Shown here in pieces: positions 57,346 through 64,000 of a DNA stretch of 64,000 nt. The position numbers and the translations under genes are program-made. Each line of letters opens with the position of its first letter. The stretch's first letter is position 1. The notes beneath the pieces are model-generated. The model was not told the DNA's origin. It saw only the letters and a list, made by a program, of their open reading frames with translations, and did not search any database. Origin of the DNA: a virus; the IMG/VR virus record IMGVR_UViG_3300028920_000035, positions 32,001-96,000 of that record; one strand, 5' to 3'.

Positions 57346-57358
57346 ACAAAAGATTGTG
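57346..57358 (-). promoter_or_regulatory. Putative phage late-promoter motif (CACAATCTTTTGT on minus strand)
   Basis: 16 nt before the minus-strand ATG 57329. Its orientation flips with the gene. Confidence 0.4.
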
Positions 57359-57440
57359 GTGTCGTTGAGGGTACACCACTACCGGTTGTGAGTGGCTGAA
57401 AAGACGTGGTTCTGCTTAAGGGCCGGTGTAGCCTGAGGAA

Positions 57441-60329
57441 ATGCCAGATCCGATCAAGCTGTCGACCAAGCAGCGGGAGAAGTACGATCATCTTCTGAAG
57501 GTTCGAGCCAGCAAGACCTGCACGCTCAAGGGTACGCCACGGATGGCGAAGGAGATCACGGGTCTCGATGGGCAGCGAGTCCCTTTCAAGTTGCGGTACT
57601 ACCAGGTCCAGGGTGCATACCATTTGCTGGCGATGCGGCGCATGGTCTTGGGGGATGCGACGGGTCTAGGTAAGACCGTTGAGGCACTGGTGGCCATGGC
57701 GCACATCTGGGGCATTGAGCCATCGACGCGCTTCGTGATCGTCGCTCCCAAGAGTGCCCTGTACCAGTGGGCTAGCGAGATCGAACGCTTTCTCGTGGGC
57801 GTTGAGCCCATCGTGGTCGAAACCCCTAAAGCGGCCAAGGGACGGGCTCGCATCCAAGCTCGCGGAGATGCCTACCGTCGTTGGCTCGAAGCCATGAACG
57901 AGCGTCGGCATGCCGTGCTGATCATGAACTACGCAACCCTGATCCGGGACTGGAATCACGGCGCGTTTCAACCCGCGTTGCCCAACGGCAAACCCGACCC
58001 TAAGGCGCCCGTCAAGCCAGGACTCCTCGACCGAGTGATGGCGGCTGCGACCCGACGTAACCTAGGTGTCTTCTTTGACGAATGTTTCGACTACCACACA
58101 CCAATCACCTTGGCGGATGGGTCCACTGAATTGATCGGCAAGATTGTCTGCACCAAGACTCCGGTTGAGGTGCAATCGTGGAATTTTGAGAAGGGTTGTG
58201 CAGAGACGAGAAGGGTCGTGTCCTGGTTTCGCAACCCGTTGCGTGACCATCACCTGTTGAAGATATCGTTTCGATATGCCAACTCTTGCCGGGTCACCAA
58301 GAGCCATAAATTCTACAAGACCAACGGCAAGTCTGTTCGTGCCGGCAGCCTGAGGCCCGGCGCTGAGACGGCTTTCTTGAGTCTGAAGGTCCCCTCCTTT
58401 GACCAAGAGCAAGTTGTCTTGGGAAGCCTGCTTGGCGACGCTTGCATCCGCAACCCAGAAGGGGCTTGGGGGGTCACGTTTACCCAAGGTGAGGACCAGC
58501 TAGACTATCTGACTTTCAAGCGAGAGGTCCTGTTGTCGCTAGGAGTGTCTGAGTTCAACTCCGGGCCCAGTGGCTACAACCCTGCTAAAACCGTACACCA
58601 CTTCAGGTTGGGGGCGAACCCTTTCATCAACTCGCGGCACCACCTGCACAATGGGGCCCGTAAGACGGTCACAGTCGATTGGTTGGACGCCATTCAACCT
58701 CTCGGCTTGGCGGTCTGGTACGGAGACGACGGCTCTCTTGGAGAGTATCGCTCCAAGAAAGGTGCAATTCGGCGCCACATCATTCTCAACACACAAGGTT
58801 TCACCAAAGCCGAAAACGACCTTCTAGCAGGTTGGTTAAGGTGGCGGTGGGGTGTCAAAGCCAAGGTGCGCCTGTCGAGCAAAGGTTTCTACCTGTACCT
58901 TCCCCACGATGCAGCCGAACGCTTTTTGGGGTTGCTACCAGGGGCTTTGCCTGGGATCGAGTACAAATTTCCCGACAAGAAGCCTCTCCCGCTTCTCGAC
59001 AGAGAACCTCACACGGGATTAGTTCGAGATGAGGTTGTGGAGGTGGTACCCTGGTCACGGGCGCCCAAGAAGCGCGACTGCCAACAATATGTCTATGATA
59101 TCGAGGTGGAGGGTAACCATAACTACTTCGCGGCTGGAACGCTCGTCTCTAATTGCCAGGCATTCAAGAACATGCGCACGAAAACCTGGGAGATCTGTCG
59201 CTACTTGTCAGACAGATCAGACCGGGCCTATGGGCTTAGTGCGACCATCATCCAGAATCGCCTGGAGGAAGCGTTTGCCATTTTCAAGTGCCTTGTTCCC
59301 AAGCTATTCACCACGAAGACAGCATTCCTGGAGGACTACTGCCACACGCAGCTTCAGCCGGTCAAAGGAGGGCGCAAGGTACCGATCGTCGTAGGGTACA
59401 AGAACCTCAAGCACTTTCGGAATCGCATTGACCCCTTCTACTTGGGACGGCTCAAGCACGAGGTCAGTGATGAGCTACCGGTCCTGACGACACGTGAGGT
59501 CCGGGTCACTCTCAGCAAGGCCGAAGAGGTCAAATACAGGGAAGCCCTGACCGGTGTGCTGGAACTGGGCGATGGTGATGTGCGCGACTATGAAGAGCAC
59601 AAGGCATTGGTCGCCCTGACCTACTGCCAGCAAGTCGTCAACTCGCTCGCCCTGCTCAAGTTCGAGGAAGGAGATGAGGTAGGTCACGACCAATTCGACC
59701 TTGAAGCAGGAGACTACAAATCACACAAGGTCGGATCCCTCAGCAGCAAGGAACAGGCGTTGGTCGATCTGCTCACCGAAGAGTTGGATGGTCAGAACGT
59801 CATTATCTACACGCGGTTCGAGTCATGGGTCGGCCGCCTCCAGACCATTCTGAAAAGGCACAAGATCGAGGCGGTTCGCATCACGGGCAGGGAGACCAAT
59901 GCTAAATTGAGGCGAGAGGCCCAGGAAGCCTTCCAGGACCCTCAGAACCCGGTGCGAGTTGTGGTCATCACCGACGCCGGTAGCGAGTCTATTAACCTCC
60001 AGACGGCCATCGCCGAGGTCTTCCTCGATAGTCCCTACAATTGGGGCAAGTACGTGCAGATCATTGGTCGCATGATCCGCATTGGGTCCCCTCACCGCGG
60101 TGTGCTCGCCTACCATTTCATTGCCGAGCGGCCCCTCAAGAAGGACGCACGGACTATTGACGATCATGTGCTCAAGCTGTTGGCGAAGAAGAAGAACCTC
60201 GTTGACAAGGTGCTGGGAGAGGCAGCTGTGGGCGCCTTGGAGTTCGACTCTGACGACACCAACTCCATCCGGGCGCTTATCAACGCGATGGCCGGCAAAG
60301 AGGGAGACGCGAAGAAGGGGAAGAAGTGA
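57441..60329 (+). CDS. SNF2-family (SF2) helicase/translocase with intein
   Basis: LRYYQ, LGDATGLGKT (Walker A), VAPKS, spliced FFDE|CQAFKN (motif II), LSATIIQN, DAGSESINLQ and QIIGRMIRIG. Confidence 0.92.
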   Translation: MPDPIKLSTKQREKYDHLLKVRASKTCTLKGTPRMAKEITGLDGQRVPFKLRYYQVQGAYHLLAMRRMVLGDATGLGKTVEALVAMAHIWGIEPSTRFVIVAPKSALYQWASEIERFLVGVEPIVVETPKAAKGRARIQARGDAYRRWLEAMNERRHAVLIMNYATLIRDWNHGAFQPALPNGKPDPKAPVKPGLLDRVMAAATRRNLGVFFDECFDYHTPITLADGSTELIGKIVCTKTPVEVQSWNFEKGCAETRRVVSWFRNPLRDHHLLKISFRYANSCRVTKSHKFYKTNGKSVRAGSLRPGAETAFLSLKVPSFDQEQVVLGSLLGDACIRNPEGAWGVTFTQGEDQLDYLTFKREVLLSLGVSEFNSGPSGYNPAKTVHHFRLGANPFINSRHHLHNGARKTVTVDWLDAIQPLGLAVWYGDDGSLGEYRSKKGAIRRHIILNTQGFTKAENDLLAGWLRWRWGVKAKVRLSSKGFYLYLPHDAAERFLGLLPGALPGIEYKFPDKKPLPLLDREPHTGLVRDEVVEVVPWSRAPKKRDCQQYVYDIEVEGNHNYFAAGTLVSNCQAFKNMRTKTWEICRYLSDRSDRAYGLSATIIQNRLEEAFAIFKCLVPKLFTTKTAFLEDYCHTQLQPVKGGRKVPIVVGYKNLKHFRNRIDPFYLGRLKHEVSDELPVLTTREVRVTLSKAEEVKYREALTGVLELGDGDVRDYEEHKALVALTYCQQVVNSLALLKFEEGDEVGHDQFDLEAGDYKSHKVGSLSSKEQALVDLLTEELDGQNVIIYTRFESWVGRLQTILKRHKIEAVRITGRETNAKLRREAQEAFQDPQNPVRVVVITDAGSESINLQTAIAEVFLDSPYNWGKYVQIIGRMIRIGSPHRGVLAYHFIAERPLKKDARTIDDHVLKLLAKKKNLVDKVLGEAAVGALEFDSDDTNSIRALINAMAGKEGDAKKGKK
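58083..59153 (+). mobile_element. Intein with LAGLIDADG homing endonuclease (357 aa) in helicase motif II
   Basis: Starts CFDYHT. Block B is VTKSHKF. LGSLLGDA and AVWYGDDG motifs are present. Ends VYDIEVEGNHNYFA...LVSN before Cys+1. Confidence 0.92.
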
Positions 60330-61285
60330 CCGACGAGCTGTGCCCCCGTTGTGGAAAGGCGCCCATTGAAGGGTGTCGGGGGAAGGGGTTCATCCTGAAG
60401 GAGTCCGCCACTGGAGAGACCTCGCGGACTTGCCCGAACATCTTGATCGGACGCTTCTACGCAAAGTGGCAGCGAACCTTGGGGCAGGATGCTCAGCCTA
60501 TGATCGACATTCCGCCCGACAAGCGGTATCGGGAGTCCCCCCTCTACGTGAAGGGGGAGATCGACCTGACTCGGAACAACCTGCTCATCACTGGGTGTGC
60601 GTGGATTCGCTTCTTGAACCACCTGCGCTGGGTTCTGCTTGTGAAAGGTCTTGACTTTCATGCGCGGACCACAACGGATGCCCGCATCCAAAACGTGTTT
60701 GTCGGAGCTGAGGCCACGAAGGGCAGTCCCGACAACAAACACGAGTTCCTCACCACAAACCGGTCCCTTTACGACCACGCGGCTCCGCCGGATCTGCTGA
60801 TTATTCGACTAGGGGTGTTGAGCTACCGGTACAAATCAGCTCCTGGTGCTTTACTGGATACATTGCGTATCAGGGAGTCGCTGCACCGCCCCGTTTGGCT
60901 AGTGGAAATCCCAGGCCGCCCCTTCGAGGATTGTGCTTCTCATGACGGGGACGTTGAGGTGGAAATCAGCCGATTCCCTCGACTGGAGCTTGGAGCCGAT
61001 GACCACGACCCGAGCGCCCTTGACATGACCGAGGGGGAAGACCTGTTGGGAGAATTGGGTGAACCCGAACCCATAGACGAACCCGTAGACGAGCCGATGG
61101 GAAGGGTCGAGGAAGGAGTCGAAGAAGACGAAGAAGACGAAGACGAAGACGACAAAGAAGAAGATGAAGAGGACCTTTGTGGCGAAGATAGTCCGATCGG
61201 CGGTCCTTCTAACCCCTGGGCCCGCGGTCGGGGTTATCCAAAGAAGCGAGGGGGAGGGGGAGGGGGAGGGGGAGGTCCAATATGA
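60326..61285 (+). CDS. Degenerate DnaC/IstB-like helicase-loader-type protein with Zn finger and acidic tail
   Basis: CPRC...C.G.G...C N-terminus. NLLITG, DLLIIRLG and R....RPVWL occupy the AAA+ loader positions. Directly upstream of the DnaB-like gene. Confidence 0.5.
   Translation: MTDELCPRCGKAPIEGCRGKGFILKESATGETSRTCPNILIGRFYAKWQRTLGQDAQPMIDIPPDKRYRESPLYVKGEIDLTRNNLLITGCAWIRFLNHLRWVLLVKGLDFHARTTTDARIQNVFVGAEATKGSPDNKHEFLTTNRSLYDHAAPPDLLIIRLGVLSYRYKSAPGALLDTLRIRESLHRPVWLVEIPGRPFEDCASHDGDVEVEISRFPRLELGADDHDPSALDMTEGEDLLGELGEPEPIDEPVDEPMGRVEEGVEEDEEDEDEDDKEEDEEDLCGEDSPIGGPSNPWARGRGYPKKRGGGGGGGGGPI
61250..61275 (+). repeat. (GGGGGA)x4-GG, G-quadruplex-competent, includes the SD of the helicase gene
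   Basis: Four G5 tracts with single-A loops. GGAGG at 61271-61275 and ATG at 61282. Confidence 0.85.
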
Positions 61286-64000
61286 AGCGACTACTCCGTG
61301 GTATCATTGCCTTCGACGACAAGACCCCTATGCACTTGTTGGTGGCCAATTTCCGCCGCCTTCGCACGAGCGGGTATCAGTGGCAGCCCACCGACAAGCA
61401 GATCTTCGACTTCTGTGCGGACCACCTGCACCGCTACATGGAGATGCCATCCGTTCGTAGTCTGGTCGACTACTACGAGGTAGCCCACGACACCGAGGCG
61501 TTGGAGCGACTCAAGGACATCTCCAGCGCACAGCTCTACACGGACAGTGGGTATGCCCGTCTACTCGACGACGAGCTGGAGAAGCAGGTCCGCGTCAAGA
61601 TGCGGGCCCTCGTCAAAGAAACCAATGAGATCCTCGAAAGGGGGCTGACCTTTGGGGAGGGGCAGAAAAAGCGGCGCGTCCAAGGACCACGTGAGGCACT
61701 GGTGCATTTCACCGAGAAAGGGCATGACCTCCTACCCCCGGTCGGAAACGCCCTGACCCGTGGTGACCTACGCGATACTGTTGAGTGGGCTCGTGAACGC
61801 TACCACGAGGCCGAGATCAACAAAAGCAAGGTTTACGGCGCTTTCATGGGCCTCAACCACGTGGACACCCAATGCCATGGGTGCAAGCGCGGCGAGCTGT
61901 GGCTCCATGCAGCTTTCCCAGGCGAGTTGAAGACCGCCACAGCCCTGAACTGGGCCTACCACCTCGTCACGCGGTATAGGCACAATGTCTTCTATGTCAA
62001 CTTGGAGATGAAGTACGAGCAGGTCATGACACAGGTCTATGTCCTGCACTCATCACACGCCAAGTGGGGGCGCCCCCCGCTCGACTATCGCAAGGCCCGT
62101 GATGGGGAACTGAGTCCCAAAGACAAGGATTTTTACTTCGAAGTTCTCAACGACTTCGAGAGCAATCCCGAGTACTGTCGGTTCGAGCTTTGGTGCCCGG
62201 ACCACAACGTGACGATTCAGTCGACTCGGACCGAAGCTGAGACACTCCATCGTAAGATGGACGTGGGAATGACGTTCATCGACCACGGAGGCATCGTGAC
62301 GCCGCCTCCGGATCAGAAGGGGAAGGGTACTACCGAAGCTCTGAACGCGGTGATTCGAGAAACCAAGAAGTTTGCCCTGCATTTCAACAATGGCGAGGGG
62401 ATGGCGATCTGCATGCTGTTCCAGATCAACCGCTTGGGGAAGGATGACGCCGACAAAAACGAGGGTCGCTACAAGATGAAAGCGTTGTCATACGCCAATG
62501 AGTGCCTAGTTGAAGGGACGTTGGTGCGAACGGCCAACGGCCTTGTCCCCATTGAGTGCGTCCCGAAAGGTATGCGCGTTTGGAGCAGTACGGGCTGGAA
62601 GACGGTTCAGGCTCGCTTGGACAATGGCATTCGCGAAACTGTTGAAGTGCGTACCTCTGGAGGTCAAGCAATTCGAGTAACCCCAGACCATTTGTTTCGG
62701 ACGTTGACACCAGAGGGCAAGGTTGGGTGGACCGCTGCCGCGGAGTTGAGGGGGCGGTGCGTGCTATCTGACCTGGTGACGTCCTGGGTGTCTGGAAAGG
62801 CAGTCACATTACCACCTCTAGTTATCCAGAAGTATGAGAAGCCCTCAGGAGAGCAGAGCACACCTTTGCAGACCCCTAAGGTCATGACTCCAGAGCTTGC
62901 GTACCTGCTGGGCGCTCACGACGGCGACGGCCTAGCATTGGACGCCTATCGTGTAGGCTGGACGGGCAACCTCGAAGAGAGGGCCGTGTGCTGCCAGATT
63001 CAAACCGCATTTAAGGCTACGTTTGGGCACGAGATCAAGGAGACTAACTGTCCCTCACGGCCTGGTTCGTTTGAACTGACTAAATGGTCAAAGCCCTTGA
63101 AACGTTGGTGCCTTGAGGTTGGCATGGACCGTCAGCCCTGTATTAGCCCCTACGTGCTGCAAGCAGGGTCGGAAGTCCAGTGCTCGTATCTACGAGGCCT
63201 TTGGGATACGGACGGTAGCATCAACAATCAAGGTGTCTTGTCGATCAACATGGCCGCTGTCAAGGAGCCTCTTCTACGACAGGCCCAACTGCTGCTTGCG
63301 GGGTTGGGCATCGCCTCAACGTTGCGCCCTGGAAAGGACCGTTGCCTATTGTGGATCACGTCACAAGATGCGCGTGACCGGTTTGCTGCTGTCATTGGGC
63401 TCTCTGAGTCTTGGAAGCATCGTCGTCTACAGCTACAGGCCCGTAAACGACCCTTGGAAAAGGGAACCTGGCCCCTAGGCGAGGTCTACCTGAAGCTGTA
63501 CGAACGCTATGCACGCAAGCGTGGATGCCTCGACGGCATGGTCTTCCACCGCACTTGCTCGGTGGCAGCAACACAGGTGCGAAAAGGCCGACGGGACGTC
63601 CCTCAAGGGGCGTTGGTCAAGCTCTTGAGTGCCCTTGGGGGTGTTTGTGACGATCAGGTCGATTTCTTGAAGGCATTGGTTCTCAACTGCCGCCCCCAAA
63701 TAGTGGAGAGTGTCACACCTGCCGGTAAGGCCCCAGTGTATGACCTGGATGTGGGAGGAGACCACGAATTCTCTGCCGGAGGGCTTCTCGTTCACAATTG
63801 CGAACGGTCGGCGGACTACATCACCACGACGTACCTGAACGACGAGCTGCGAGAGAGCGGGGAGACCATCATGTGCAATCTGAAGAACCGGGACAATCCG
63901 ATCTTCAACCCCATCATCTTGAACATCGACTGGGGTTCGCGGCGCCTCTACGACCGGTCTGTGCCCGGGGAAGACGACGCTGTCGAGGATGCTGATCTGA
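61282..64000 (+). CDS. dnaB: DnaB-like (SF4) replicative helicase with intein, 3' truncated
   Basis: Translated by hand, with no stop before the window end. Motifs: AAFPGELKT (Walker A), VNLEM, TFIDH (Walker B), LFQINR, spliced LSYANE|CERSAD and LKNRD. Confidence 0.88.
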   Translation, partial: MKRLLRGIIAFDDKTPMHLLVANFRRLRTSGYQWQPTDKQIFDFCADHLHRYMEMPSVRSLVDYYEVAHDTEALERLKDISSAQLYTDSGYARLLDDELEKQVRVKMRALVKETNEILERGLTFGEGQKKRRVQGPREALVHFTEKGHDLLPPVGNALTRGDLRDTVEWARERYHEAEINKSKVYGAFMGLNHVDTQCHGCKRGELWLHAAFPGELKTATALNWAYHLVTRYRHNVFYVNLEMKYEQVMTQVYVLHSSHAKWGRPPLDYRKARDGELSPKDKDFYFEVLNDFESNPEYCRFELWCPDHNVTIQSTRTEAETLHRKMDVGMTFIDHGGIVTPPPDQKGKGTTEALNAVIRETKKFALHFNNGEGMAICMLFQINRLGKDDADKNEGRYKMKALSYANECLVEGTLVRTANGLVPIECVPKGMRVWSSTGWKTVQARLDNGIRETVEVRTSGGQAIRVTPDHLFRTLTPEGKVGWTAAAELRGRCVLSDLVTSWVSGKAVTLPPLVIQKYEKPSGEQSTPLQTPKVMTPELAYLLGAHDGDGLALDAYRVGWTGNLEERAVCCQIQTAFKATFGHEIKETNCPSRPGSFELTKWSKPLKRWCLEVGMDRQPCISPYVLQAGSEVQCSYLRGLWDTDGSINNQGVLSINMAAVKEPLLRQAQLLLAGLGIASTLRPGKDRCLLWITSQDARDRFAAVIGLSESWKHRRLQLQARKRPLEKGTWPLGEVYLKLYERYARKRGCLDGMVFHRTCSVAATQVRKGRRDVPQGALVKLLSALGGVCDDQVDFLKALVLNCRPQIVESVTPAGKAPVYDLDVGGDHEFSAGGLLVHNCERSADYITTTYLNDELRESGETIMCNLKNRDNPIFNPIILNIDWGSRRLYDRSVPGEDDAVEDADL
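62503..63798 (+). mobile_element. Intein with LAGLIDADG homing endonuclease (432 aa) in helicase motif H4
   Basis: Starts CLVEGTLV. Block B is VTPDHLF. YLLGAHDGDG and YLRGLWDTDG motifs are present. Ends VYDLDVGGDHEF...LLVHN before Cys+1. Confidence 0.92.

Noticed and set aside
57423-57431. CCGGTGTAG upstream of the helicase as an early/middle promoter
   Set aside because: Only one clear copy and one loose look-alike near 54690, which is too few to support.
57330-57623. N-terminal extension of the minus-strand ORF to 57623, and similar upstream extensions at 10195, 25164, 25975, 27710, 55633 and 56249
   Set aside because: Most overlap neighbouring genes. Downstream starts fit coupling, an SD or the upstream motif better.
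61115-61175. GAAGAC-rich purine tract as a regulatory repeat
   Set aside because: It is fully explained by the poly-Glu/Asp tail of the loader-like protein.
1-64000. Stop-codon reassignment
   Set aside because: Long genes are intact in the standard code, and TAG, TGA and TAA all end genes at sensible boundaries.

Overview
This window is a segment of a large tailed dsDNA phage with a contractile (myovirus-type) tail. It is probably a jumbo phage, with GC-rich coding DNA and the standard genetic code. Positions 1-54.4 kb are an almost gap-free + strand virion operon. It runs from the C-terminal part of the tape measure through two tube-initiator/distal-tail-like proteins (one carrying a lytic transglycosylase), the hub, spike, a candidate spike tip, very large baseplate proteins and gp25-, J- and I-like wedge proteins. 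It ends in a ~29 kb fibre/appendage region in which most components occur as paralogous pairs. At 54.7-56.3 kb is a membrane-protein trio: holin-like, N-anchored, and a protein with beta-barrel-like strands ending in Phe. Small stand-alone genes with basic N-terminal leaders and a shared upstream DNA motif sit at module borders. From 57.4 kb the replication module holds an SNF2-like helicase with a LAGLIDADG intein, a degenerate DnaC-like loader, and a DnaB-like helicase with a second LAGLIDADG intein. The DnaB-like gene is missing from the ORF track because it runs off the window end. I saw no tRNA, rRNA, CRISPR array, integrase or transposase. All functional calls come from motifs and gene order read by eye, not from database searches.
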